Source of the DNA: an uncultured Desulfarculus sp.
Lineage (GTDB): Bacteria; Desulfobacterota; Desulfarculia; Desulfarculales; Desulfarculaceae
NCBI GenBank assembly: GCA_963665125.2
Contig: CAXXUK010000002.1
Coordinates: 288,001-352,000, forward strand
Length of the DNA: 64,000 nucleotides
Direction: 5' to 3'
The notes under the pieces: generated by a model
What the model saw: the letters and a program-made list of their open reading frames with translations, nothing else
What the model was told of the DNA's origin: nothing
Databases searched by the model: none
Translations under genes and position numbers: made by a program
Part shown: in pieces, positions 1 through 9,229 of the stretch
Position numbering within the stretch: position 1 is the first letter of the stretch
Layout: every line of letters starts with the position of its first letter

Positions 1-226
1 GGGACTCTATTTTTGGCGCCGCATTTGGGGCACACAACATGAACATTGGCACTCATATTTCAATCTCCCCGGCTGCCGGTGATCGGCGGGCAGCCACATA
101 TACCTCAAGATAAGTCGCCCCGGGGGAAATGCCAGCAGACCAGGCCCTTTCATTTCATAGTATTCATTATGCTAAAGTAGTAATTAGCGGGGGCGGCAAA
201 CACCACAATTGCAAAGGATGGAGGCC

Positions 227-1495
227 ATGACTGGCGGGCAAGGAACCTCTTCCCAACTCAAGCTGGGAATCAACGGCTTCGGGCGCGTGGGCAAGCTGAC
301 TCTGTGGCATCATGTGGCGCGCAAGTATTTCTCGGAAATCATCGTCAATATCGGCAGGGAGGTCGGCAAGTCGTTCGAGGATTTGGCCGACTACGCGGCC
401 CACGACTCCACCTACGGGCCGCTGCGCTCGTTTTTACACGGCCACCACGCCGGGCCGGTCATCGGCCAGGTAAACCCGGCCCAGCGCAGCATGGTCATCA
501 ACGGTGTATTGGTGAGGTTTTTGTTCGAGTCGCGCAATCCGGCCCAGATAGCCTGGAAGGAAAACGGCGTGCGGCTGGTTGTCGACGCCACTGGCAAATT
601 CCTGGACCCCACCAAACCAGCCGACTCGGCGGGCGGCTCGTGCCTGGGCCACCTGGAGGGCGGAGCGGAAAAGGTCCTGGTCACCGCGCCGTTCAAGATC
701 AAGGACAAGGCAAAGGCCATGCCCGATTACGCCATCACCACGGTGATGGGCATTAACGACAAGGCCTACGACCCGGCCAGGCACACCGTAGTATCCAACG
801 CCTCGTGCACCACCACCTGCCTGGCCCACACCATCAAGCCGCTGTTGGACAGCCTGGGCTCCGACCGCATCCTCACGGCCCTGATGACCACCATCCACGC
901 GGTGACGCCCACCCAGCCCATTCTGGACCGCATGCCCTCGGCCGGGGCCAGCGATCTGCGCAAGAACCGGGCGGCCATCAACAATATCATCATCACCTCA
1001 ACCGGCGCGGCCAAGGCTCTGGGCCTGGTCATGCCCGAGATCAACAACATCGCCTTTTTGGCTGAAAGCGTGCGGGTGCCCACCCTCACCGGCTCATTGA
1101 TCATCCTGGTCATGGCCCTGTTGGACGACCACAACGGCAATGAAATAACGGCCGAGCGCCTCAACGAGATCTACCGCCGGGCGGCCAGCGACGACCCCAA
1201 CGGCTACCTGTTGTACAGTGAGCGGCAGAACGTCAGCAGTGATATCGTGGGCCAGCCCAGGGCCGCGGCCATCATCGAGGGATCGGAGACCTATGCCGCG
1301 CCCACCAACGCGGCCGTGGACATGTCAATGCTTTGCGCGGCCAATCCGGAACTGGCGGAAAAGATGGGTGGCCAAAAGGTCCGGGCCCCGGTGTCCGAGG
1401 CGGTGATCCACTCGTGGTATGACAATGAATACGCCAGCTTTGTGAACATGCTGGGCGACAGGGCCCAAAGCATGGCCGAAAGGATGCAAACCTAG
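227..1495 (+). CDS. gap: Type I glyceraldehyde-3-phosphate dehydrogenase family protein (long, divergent)
   Basis: GINGFGRVG Rossmann motif, SNASCTTTCL catalytic Cys motif, RVPT, SWYDNE. Start could be 218 or 227. Confidence 0.85.
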   Translation: MTGGQGTSSQLKLGINGFGRVGKLTLWHHVARKYFSEIIVNIGREVGKSFEDLADYAAHDSTYGPLRSFLHGHHAGPVIGQVNPAQRSMVINGVLVRFLFESRNPAQIAWKENGVRLVVDATGKFLDPTKPADSAGGSCLGHLEGGAEKVLVTAPFKIKDKAKAMPDYAITTVMGINDKAYDPARHTVVSNASCTTTCLAHTIKPLLDSLGSDRILTALMTTIHAVTPTQPILDRMPSAGASDLRKNRAAINNIIITSTGAAKALGLVMPEINNIAFLAESVRVPTLTGSLIILVMALLDDHNGNEITAERLNEIYRRAASDDPNGYLLYSERQNVSSDIVGQPRAAAIIEGSETYAAPTNAAVDMSMLCAANPELAEKMGGQKVRAPVSEAVIHSWYDNEYASFVNMLGDRAQSMAERMQT

Positions 1496-2529
1496 CCGGA
1501 GGAGCGGTCGATATCCAGGATGTTTTTATCGCCTATGTACTGCTTGGTTTGATATTCGGTTATGCCTTGCAGCTTGTGGGTGATTTCGGCCATGCGCATA
1601 CAGGCGCTGCGTATGGCCCTTAGGCGAACGTTGACGTCCGAGCCGTCCTCGGTTTGCAGCATCCCGACCTCAAGTCCGGTCAACACGGCTTGCAAGGGCT
1701 GATTGAGCTCATGACAGGCCGCGCCGGCTGTTTCTATGGCGGCATTGAGCCTCTCGGCCCGCATGCGCTGTTGCTCTTCCCGTTTCTGCAGGGTGATGTC
1801 GCGAAACACGGCCAGCAAAAATCGCCGGTCTTCGATGGTCAGACCTTTGAAATAGACATCCAGGATTTCGGGCACGCCAGTAACCGAGGCTGAGCGGTTC
1901 CAAACAGCCTTATAATCGAAACCGCCTATTATCTTGCGCAGCATTTCAGGGCTGTGGTCCCTTTTGGCCTGATCATACAGGGGGCAAAAACCAAAGGCCT
2001 TGTATTCCATGCGCTTCAGCCCAAACATTTTCAAGGCCGGCGAGTTGGCGTCCAAGAGGTTGAAGTCCTCGCTGAAAAGCATGATCCCTTCGGAGACGGT
2101 TTCAATGATCAGGCGCAGTATGCGTTCGGACTCTTCAAGATTCATGTCGGTTTTTGCCAGGCGCTGGCCCACGCGGATGTAGGACAGCAAAGCGGCGGGC
2201 GAAACCGGCTTGGATAAAAAACTGTGGGCCCCGGCGTCCAGGGCTTCGATCAGGTCCTGTTCTTCGCGTTTGCTGGTGAGCAGGATGGTATAGACCCTCG
2301 GTCCTCGATCCCGCGCATGCAGGCGGCGGCATAACTCCAACCCGTCGAGGCCGGGCATCAGCCAGTCGATAATGGCGATGCGCGGCGAGTCCGGCTCATT
2401 GAGGATTTCCCAGGCAGTATCGCCGTCAGCGGCTTCCGCGATTTCAAAGCCCCAGGATTCCAGATGATTCCGCAAATTGTGGCGGGCTGTTTTGCTGTCA
2501 TCCGCTATTAAAACCCTCAATATCACCAC
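1492..2529 (-). CDS. Response regulator REC-PAS-HisKA protein lacking HATPase
   Basis: IADD/IDWLMP/SKP receiver motifs, PAS-like middle region, H-box ACHELNQPL near the C-terminus, no N/G boxes. Confidence 0.8.
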   Translation of the reverse strand: MVILRVLIADDSKTARHNLRNHLESWGFEIAEAADGDTAWEILNEPDSPRIAIIDWLMPGLDGLELCRRLHARDRGPRVYTILLTSKREEQDLIEALDAGAHSFLSKPVSPAALLSYIRVGQRLAKTDMNLEESERILRLIIETVSEGIMLFSEDFNLLDANSPALKMFGLKRMEYKAFGFCPLYDQAKRDHSPEMLRKIIGGFDYKAVWNRSASVTGVPEILDVYFKGLTIEDRRFLLAVFRDITLQKREEQQRMRAERLNAAIETAGAACHELNQPLQAVLTGLEVGMLQTEDGSDVNVRLRAIRSACMRMAEITHKLQGITEYQTKQYIGDKNILDIDRSSG

Positions 2530-2566
2530 CTCAATAATAAATCGCCGAAACTATTGTCTATTATGA

Positions 2567-3394
2567 TTATTTTCTCTGACTCGCCGTTGTGAAGTCAATA
2601 AGAGGCGAGAAGGCGACCCACACCTGGGGGCCGCTCAGGCGGTTGGCGCATTTGCTTATCACCTTTTGCACGGCTTTTCCGCTGCCCATGGGGTCGTAAA
2701 TGGCCCCGGTCTGTTGCAGCCATTCCGCGTCGTCGTCTTGGTCCAGGGGCCGGTAACTGAACTTTTTCAGTTCAATCGTGTCCTTGGCGGCTATGGCCTC
2801 GGGCGTCATGCCGTAGCGGGTCACTCCGTGGCGGCTGACTATGCGCCAGTCGATTTTGCCGTCGGGGTGAAAATTGTGAAAAAAGCCGGAGAGGTTGATC
2901 ATCACCGCCATGTCGCTGTAGGACGGCAGGGCCTCGCCAACGGTCCACTGCAACTGCTTGAACGGGCCGTCAATGTCGCTGCGGAAGGTGCTGCGGGGGT
3001 GAATGTGATAGAGCACGATGTCGTCGTATTTTTTCAGCAGCAAATACACCGTGTCGTCGAGCACATGATAGGTCTTGCGTCCGTTGACCTTTTCGCCGCT
3101 GGCGATCTCGATCCACAGGGTTTCCGACGGGATATAGGCCCAGCCTTCCTCCAGGCCCGATGTCTCGGCCAATTGACGAAGCTGGGCCTCGCCCTCATCC
3201 TGGGTGGCCTGCACCACCAGGGCCGGTCCGCCCCCGGTGTTTACTTGTAAGCGGTCGGCCTGTTGCAGGGGCCGTAGCGGCTGGATGGGCCTTGTCTGTT
3301 CCGCGGCCAATAAAGCCGGAACGGCCAATGAAGCCGCCAACATCAGCAGGTAGAGCGCCAAGCCCAATCGAGGTTTTTTGATTAACAGGGGCAT
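2567..3394 (-). CDS. Hypothetical exported protein with JAB/MPN-like E...HxH...PSxxD motif
   Basis: N-terminal hydrophobic signal; EEGW, YHIHP and LPSYSD motifs. Start uncertain. Confidence 0.6.
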   Translation of the reverse strand: MPLLIKKPRLGLALYLLMLAASLAVPALLAAEQTRPIQPLRPLQQADRLQVNTGGGPALVVQATQDEGEAQLRQLAETSGLEEGWAYIPSETLWIEIASGEKVNGRKTYHVLDDTVYLLLKKYDDIVLYHIHPRSTFRSDIDGPFKQLQWTVGEALPSYSDMAVMINLSGFFHNFHPDGKIDWRIVSRHGVTRYGMTPEAIAAKDTIELKKFSYRPLDQDDDAEWLQQTGAIYDPMGSGKAVQKVISKCANRLSGPQVWVAFSPLIDFTTASQRK

Positions 3395-3563
3395 GAACCA
3401 AAATCCCAAAATCAGCGCCGTTAAAGTTCATAACTTTATAGGTAAACGGGCCATGCGAAAACAACCGACACAATCATGTGAGCTAATTTTCAAAAAAACA
3501 TAGTGTTTTGTATGATAAAAAAATTGAAACGCCTAAAAACCACCGGCCAAGGAAGTCTATGTG

Positions 3564-4382
3564 ATGAAAGCCTACGCAGGCAAACGAGTCTATATCACCG
3601 GCGGCTCCAGCGGCATCGGCCTGGCCGCCGCCGAGGCCTTATCCCGTCGAGGCGCTTCAGTGGCGGTATTCGCCAGGCGCTATGAGGCGCTGCAAGAAGC
3701 CGTGTCCGGCCTGAAGGCCAAGGCCACGGCCACGGGCCAGGTCTTTTATGCGGACGTCATGGACGTCGCCGACCCGGTGAGCGTCCATGATGGCATGCAG
3801 CGGGCGGTGGAATCCTTCGGCCCGCCGGACGTGTTGATCACCGCCGCGGGCATGGGCGCGGCGGACCGTTTCGAGCAAATCAGCGATGCGCTTTTCGACG
3901 ACGTGATCCGCACCAACCTCTACGGAACACGGTGGGCCGTCAAGGCCCTGTTGCCCCATTTACAGCAAAAACAGGGCACGATCATCATGGTGGGCTCGCT
4001 GGTCAGTTTTATTCCCATGTACAGTTACACGGCCTACTGCACCTCCAAATACGCCGTGGCCGGTTTCGCCGACTGCCTGCGCAGCGAACTGCGCCTGCGG
4101 GGGGTGGGCGTGAGCCTGTTCTGCCCGCCCGAGGTGGATACGCCGTTTTTAAAGGAAGAGGCCAAGACCCTGCCGCCGCCGGCGAGAATCCTGAAAAAAT
4201 TCGCCGGGCGCATCAGCCCCAAGCGGGCGGCGGAGGCAATGCTCAAGGGCGCATCCAAAGGACGTTTTTTGACCATCCCCGGATTCAGGGCCAAAATGCT
4301 GTACTGGAACTGGAAGCTCATGCCCGGCTGGGCCTTCCGCCTGCTGCCCGACCTTATCGTAGGCCGGGCTACAAAATTGTAG
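3564..4382 (+). CDS. SDR family oxidoreductase (KDSR-like)
   Basis: TGGSSGIG motif and YxxxK (YCTSK). Confidence 0.88.
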   Translation: MKAYAGKRVYITGGSSGIGLAAAEALSRRGASVAVFARRYEALQEAVSGLKAKATATGQVFYADVMDVADPVSVHDGMQRAVESFGPPDVLITAAGMGAADRFEQISDALFDDVIRTNLYGTRWAVKALLPHLQQKQGTIIMVGSLVSFIPMYSYTAYCTSKYAVAGFADCLRSELRLRGVGVSLFCPPEVDTPFLKEEAKTLPPPARILKKFAGRISPKRAAEAMLKGASKGRFLTIPGFRAKMLYWNWKLMPGWAFRLLPDLIVGRATKL

Positions 4383-4488
4383 CAATTGATGCAGGACCGC
4401 CGAGACAGCGGCCGGTCGGGCTTAGTTTTCAATCCGTGCGCCTGTCCAGCCTGTGGACCAGCCAGAGGCGCTATGCACCGCACCCAAT

Positions 4489-4522
4489 AAAAAAGGCCCC
4501 CGGCGTTGGCGCCGGAGGCCCT
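4489..4522 (-). terminator. Rho-independent terminator of lpxC
   Basis: GC hairpin GGCC(T/C)CCGGCG/CGCCGGGGGCC followed by a T-run on the minus strand, between convergent genes. Confidence 0.7.
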
Positions 4523-4550
4523 GAATATGCAATTCGATTTTGGCTAGGCT

Positions 4551-5471
4551 CTAGGCCACCGCATGGCTGGGCATGGGAATCACCGCCGGTTGGGGCTCGG
4601 GCATCTGCTCCGGTTCGGCGGTGACAAGCTGCCAGGCCTGGGGATCGGCCAGGAACTTGCGGAACAGCTTGTTGTTGAGCCCGTGGCCGGACTTGTGGGC
4701 CACGAACGAGCCGATGATGGGCCGTCCCACCAGGGCCATGTCGCCCATGAAGTCCAGGACCTTGTGGCGCACGAATTCGTCTTCAAAACGCAGGCCGTCG
4801 TCGTTGAGCACCCGGAACTGGTCCACCACCACGGCGTTGTCCAGCGAGCCGCCCAGGGCCAGGTTGGCCTCCTGGAGCCTGCGGATGTCGCTCAAAAAGC
4901 CGAAGGTGCGGGCCCGGCTCAATTCGCGGTCGTAGGAGCCGTTGAAGTGCTTATAGGTCATGGATTGCTTGCGGATGGCCGGATGGTCGAACTCGATGGT
5001 GTAGTCCACGCTGAAGTTTTTGGCCGGGGAAACCTTGAGGAACTTGTCGCCGTCGCTTACGGTGACTTCGCGTTTTACGGCAAAGTACTTGCGCGGTTTG
5101 TCCTGGCTTTTTAGGCCGGCGTTTTTCAGCAAAAACACGAAAGGAGCCGAGGAGCCGTCCATCACCGGAATCTCCGGCGCGTCGACCTCGACCAATACGT
5201 TGTCCACGCCAACGCCGTGCAGGGCGCTCATCAGGTGCTCCACCGTGGCCACGCACACGCCGTCGATACCGACGGTGGTGCACATCTCGGTGGCCACCAC
5301 GGCATTGACGTCGCCGGGGATCAGGGGGGCGTCGGGCATGTCGGTGCGCTTGAAGACCACGCCGGTGTCGGGTTCGGCGGGGCGCAGGCTCAAATTAATA
5401 CGGCGTCCGGAGTGAAGTCCTATGCCGGTGCAAGCTACGGGACGGCTGAGGGTCCGCTGATATATGGTCAT
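4551..5471 (-). CDS. lpxC: UDP-3-O-acyl-N-acetylglucosamine deacetylase
   Basis: QRTL...GIGLHSG, TVEHLMSAL, ARTFGF, HKVLD, KSGH motifs. Confidence 0.97.
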   Translation of the reverse strand: MTIYQRTLSRPVACTGIGLHSGRRINLSLRPAEPDTGVVFKRTDMPDAPLIPGDVNAVVATEMCTTVGIDGVCVATVEHLMSALHGVGVDNVLVEVDAPEIPVMDGSSAPFVFLLKNAGLKSQDKPRKYFAVKREVTVSDGDKFLKVSPAKNFSVDYTIEFDHPAIRKQSMTYKHFNGSYDRELSRARTFGFLSDIRRLQEANLALGGSLDNAVVVDQFRVLNDDGLRFEDEFVRHKVLDFMGDMALVGRPIIGSFVAHKSGHGLNNKLFRKFLADPQAWQLVTAEPEQMPEPQPAVIPMPSHAVA

Positions 5472-5539
5472 TTAACCACCTTTTTGAGTCTCAGCTATCG
5501 CCCAAGTTCAAGTGGGGCGGACAATTTGGCCGCTAACTA

Positions 5540-5555
5540 TGCAAGAAGTATTCCA
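5540..5555 (-). promoter_or_regulatory. Putative sigma-54 (-24/-12) promoter of lpxC
   Basis: Minus strand TGGAAT-ACTTC-TTGCA has the GG-N10-GC spacing and lies ~70 bp upstream of the ATG. Confidence 0.55.
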
Positions 5556-5672
5556 TATTGGGCGTTTTACTGCTGTATTCAATAAGACGCGCCACAATGG
5601 GCCGCTCTTGCTAATCTATATAAATATAGTGGTGTTTTAAGGTTTTTCACATGTGTTGGACAAACCACATTT

Positions 5673-6293
5673 TCAGGTGGCTGGTGTGTCAAACAGCCCA
5701 CGCCGGGCCGCGATCTCGCTGGCCCTTTGCAAGTCTTCGGGAAGGTTTACGTTCAGAAAAGCGCAGCCGCCGGGGTCCAGGGCGGCCACCTGGTCCAGAC
5801 CGAGAAACAGAGTCCTTTTTTCACTGAGCACCCTCCGGATGCGGCGTTCACCCTTTTCCAGCAGGCCCATGGCCGGGGCCAGACACTGGCGGCTGTACCA
5901 GGCGCATAGGGGCTCCAGGCCGCCGGGCGTGATGGGCACGATGGCCCATTTTGTTTCGTGGCCCTTGGCCAAAAAACGAAGCATCTCCATGCTCATCAGG
6001 GGCAGATCCACGGCCAAAAGCAGCACCGATTCGGCGTCGCTGTCCAGAAAGGCCGTGGCCAGGGCATTGAGGGGGCCCTGGCCGGGCCAGCGGTCGGCCA
6101 CGATATCCACCGGCACGTCGGCCATACCGGCCACATCCACGGTAACTATCATCACCTTGGGGCAGACGGCGGCCAGCTTGTCCACGGCGATGTCGATGAG
6201 GCGGCGTCCGGCTATGGTCCGCTGGGGCTTGCCGCCGCCGATTCGGCTGCCAGGCCCGCCGGCGGCCACCACGCCCAAAGGGGGGGTGGTCAT
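5673..6293 (-). CDS. mobA: Molybdenum cofactor guanylyltransferase
   Basis: AGGxGSRIGGGK, GQGPL, AVDLP, EPLCAWY, FLNVNLPEDL motifs. Confidence 0.9.
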   Translation of the reverse strand: MTTPPLGVVAAGGPGSRIGGGKPQRTIAGRRLIDIAVDKLAAVCPKVMIVTVDVAGMADVPVDIVADRWPGQGPLNALATAFLDSDAESVLLLAVDLPLMSMEMLRFLAKGHETKWAIVPITPGGLEPLCAWYSRQCLAPAMGLLEKGERRIRRVLSEKRTLFLGLDQVAALDPGGCAFLNVNLPEDLQRASEIAARRGLFDTPAT

Positions 6294-6721
6294 TGCCGGG
6301 CGTCCCCTGGTTCAACGCGGTCCTCCCGCTCCAGAACCGCCACCGCCTCATGGTCCTTGTTCAGCCAGATGGCGCAGCGTTCGCACGGCCCCAGACAGCG
6401 GGTGGGCCTGCACTCCCGGACCTGATAACAAGGTGTGTGTGGGTCGTCAAAGGCCGCGCAAAGCTCTTTTTCCAGGCAGCCGAACACGTTCCAGCACGGC
6501 GCCAGCAATAGAAGGTTGCGCAGGCAGGCCAGGGTGAACCCCCGGTCGTGGATCAGGATGTTGATCCGCCTGATCTGGGCGATGTCGAACTCGCTGTACA
6601 GACGGTTGTTGGTCTTGGCGTCGCGCATGGGTTTGATAAAACCCTCTTTTTCATATTCGCGGATGCGCTTTTGCGAAAGATCGACCCGCCGCGACACTTC
6701 ATTTATAAGGTGCGTTTCCAT
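6290..6721 (-). CDS. MerR-family regulator with Cys-rich C-terminal domain
   Basis: IREYEKEGFIKPxR...NRLYS HTH; multiple C-terminal cysteines; ATGA overlap with mobA. Confidence 0.8.
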   Translation of the reverse strand: METHLINEVSRRVDLSQKRIREYEKEGFIKPMRDAKTNNRLYSEFDIAQIRRINILIHDRGFTLACLRNLLLLAPCWNVFGCLEKELCAAFDDPHTPCYQVRECRPTRCLGPCERCAIWLNKDHEAVAVLEREDRVEPGDARQ

Positions 6722-6859
6722 GCCGTCACCAAACTGAAATATATCTATACAAAACTTTGTGCAGAATCCTGCAAACTATTACCACAGCAATGCCGCCCCT
6801 GGCAAGCCGCCCTCAAGGCGCGGATTTACAAAAACGCTCGGATGCAGTATGAAAAAGTC

Positions 6860-7441
6860 ATGAGCGCAAGCACACCAAATAACGCCCCCGTGGTGGTGGG
6901 CATCTCCGGCGCCAGCGGCGCGGCCTACGGCATCGGCCTGCTCCGGGCCCTCAAGGGCCTGGGCATACCCTCGGCCTGCGTGATCAGCCGGGCCGCCGTC
7001 CGCACCATCGAGCTGGAAACGGACCTCACGCCAACCGACGTGGCGGCCCTGGCCGACACGGCCTATGACGCCGGCGATATCGCCGCGCCCCTGGCCAGCG
7101 GTTCGTTCATCACCAGGGGCATGGTAATCGCCCCTTGCAGCATCAAGACGCTGTCGGCCGTGGCCAACTCCTACGGCGACAACCTGTTGACCAGGGCCGC
7201 TGACGTGCACCTCAAGGAACGGCGGCCCCTGGTGCTGATGGTCCGGGAGACGCCCCTGCACGGCGGCCATTTGGAATTGATGGCCCGCTGCGACCGTTAC
7301 GGCGCCATCATCCTGCCGCCGGTTCCGGCCTTTTATCACCGGCCCCAGACCATCGACGACATCATCAACCAAAGCGTGGGCAAGGCCCTGGACGCCCTGG
7401 GCATCGGCCACGACATCTTCGCCCGCTGGGAGGGCCCATGA
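6860..7441 (+). CDS. ubiX: Flavin prenyltransferase UbiX
   Basis: VGISGASGAAYG, ASGS, APCSIKTL, RAADVHLKERR, RETPL, PAFY motifs. Confidence 0.95.
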   Translation: MSASTPNNAPVVVGISGASGAAYGIGLLRALKGLGIPSACVISRAAVRTIELETDLTPTDVAALADTAYDAGDIAAPLASGSFITRGMVIAPCSIKTLSAVANSYGDNLLTRAADVHLKERRPLVLMVRETPLHGGHLELMARCDRYGAIILPPVPAFYHRPQTIDDIINQSVGKALDALGIGHDIFARWEGP

Positions 7442-8172
7442 TCGAGACGCTGGAGGACCTGGGCGGAGTGGCCCTGGAACCCGGCCAAAGCTTCAATTTT
7501 CAGTGCCGCCCCGGCCTGGAATGCTTTGGTATGTGTTGCCGCAATAAACGCCTGCCGCTGTGGCCCTATGACATGCTGCGTCTGCGGCGGGGCCTGAAAA
7601 AGCCCTCGGACGCCATATTGGCCGAGTTTGTCGAATTGGAAACCGACCCCCGTTCGGGCTGGCCCGCCCTGCGCCTGAAGCTCAGGGACGACGGCTCATG
7701 CCCCTTCGTGGGCCATGGCGGCGGCTGCACGGTATACGAGCACCGGCCCGCCTGCTGCCGCATCTATCCCCTTGCCCGGGCCGTGGCCCCGCCCAGGGGC
7801 GGCAAACCGGCCAGCGAAATCTTCATCATCCAGGACGCGCCGGGCTGCCAGGGCCTGGAACAGGCCAACCCCATGGACAGCGCCCGCTGGAGCGCCGACC
7901 AGGGCCTAGGTCCCTATCAAAAGGCCAACAACCGCCTGCTGCGCCTGTTGATGCACCCCCGCCGGGTGGGGGCCGTTAGCCTCAACCCGGCCCAGACCCA
8001 CGCCTTTATTGCCGCGCTGTACAACCTGGACGTGTTTCGCAGCCAGGTGCGCCAGCCCGCCTTTGCCAAACAATACGGCATCGACAAAAAGGCCCTCAAA
8101 AAAGCCCTCAAGACCGACGAAGCCCTCATGGAGTTCAGCCAGGATTGGCTCACACGCATGCTTTTCGGCTAG
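7438..8172 (+). CDS. YkgJ/CxxCxxCC family Cys-cluster protein
   Basis: C-x5-CFGMCC...CPF...CTVYEHRPACCRIYP motif; ATGA overlap with ubiX. Confidence 0.85.
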   Translation: MIETLEDLGGVALEPGQSFNFQCRPGLECFGMCCRNKRLPLWPYDMLRLRRGLKKPSDAILAEFVELETDPRSGWPALRLKLRDDGSCPFVGHGGGCTVYEHRPACCRIYPLARAVAPPRGGKPASEIFIIQDAPGCQGLEQANPMDSARWSADQGLGPYQKANNRLLRLLMHPRRVGAVSLNPAQTHAFIAALYNLDVFRSQVRQPAFAKQYGIDKKALKKALKTDEALMEFSQDWLTRMLFG

Positions 8173-8587
8173 GCCCAGGGCCTGGGCAACACTCAAAGCA
8201 CGGATAAGCGGTAGGGGCCCCGGACAGGCCTTTTTGCTTAGCGCCAGGTTTATTCCTGACGCGGTGCCCTATCTATCGTTATGCCGACGCAAGCTTCCCG
8301 GAAAGCTGATTTTCCCCCTGGGGGAAGTGGGGACCCCCTTTCGACAAAGGTGGTCCCCGTCTCCCCCCTCCAAATGACGTTGCCTCAAGGCGAGCCTGAG
8401 GTTCCCTGGGAAAAACCAGTAGCAATAGTGAAGTCGTGCGTGTTGGAGAATGCATGAGACCGGTTGTCGCAGGCCTGCGTTACGCTACCGGCGCGAAAGG
8501 CCGTGCCAGATGACAGGCATGTGGCCGGTTGGGTTGCGCACTCTACATCAGCAACATCGTTGTTCAACGAAAAGGCTGGCCATGGAC

Positions 8588-8913
8588 GGCCAGCCCGGCG
8601 CAGCGCGCTAGCCATGCGCCGAAAGCCCCGGATCGGACTTGCTCCGTCCGGGGCGCTGCACCTTGGCCCAAGGACGGGCCGAGGTGCAAGAAATCGTAGG
8701 GCCAGCCCGGCGCAGCGCGCTAGCCATGCGCCGAAAGCCCCGGATCGGACTTGCTCCGTCCGGGGCGCTGCACCTTGGCCCAAGGACGGGCCGAGGTGCA
8801 AGAAATCGTAGGGCCAGCCCGGCGCAGCGCGCTAGCCACGCGCCGAAAGCCCCGGATCGGACTTGCTCCGTCCGGGGCGCTGCACCTTGGCCCAAGGACG
8901 GGCCGAGGTGCAA
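8588..8913. repeat. Tandem array of three 112-bp near-identical palindromic units
   Basis: Units start at 8588, 8700 and 8812 (third lacks the linker). One substitution (GCCATG vs GCCACG). Each unit has three inverted repeats. Confidence 0.95.
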
Positions 8914-9229
8914 TAAAAAAGCTTTACGATATCCTGTAAGATCAAACGTCCCAGACTCGTCATGAAGGACCATGAACCGTGGCTACAATCATGCGGGGCG
9001 GTTTCGTGCATCACGGGCGGCCGAGTACTCCGGAATTGGACCGGAAACGGACCAGGGCTCAGACCCGTGGCTACTGGGTAATATTTTGTAGCCATTATTT
9101 AGGCGTCTGCGGACCGGCTTTTCTTTACACCTCCGCAAATTGTCTGCTAACTTGGATTCATTGAACAAAAAAACAAAACCTGGGAAGTTGTGGCCCGGGT
9201 CTGCAAACAATTAATAACAGGGGATTGCA

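Noticed and set aside
8588..8913. CRISPR array
   Set aside because: The units are 112 bp, contiguous and near-identical, with no unique spacers and no cas genes.
8385..8973. Overlapping ORFs across the repeat region
   Set aside because: Arg/Pro/Ala-rich translations that simply mirror the DNA repeat; no RBS or recognisable motif.
8436..9030. Group II intron (GTGCG at ~8436; CACGGTTC on the minus strand near 8974)
   Set aside because: The two motifs are on opposite strands, and there is no canonical domain V or RT ORF.
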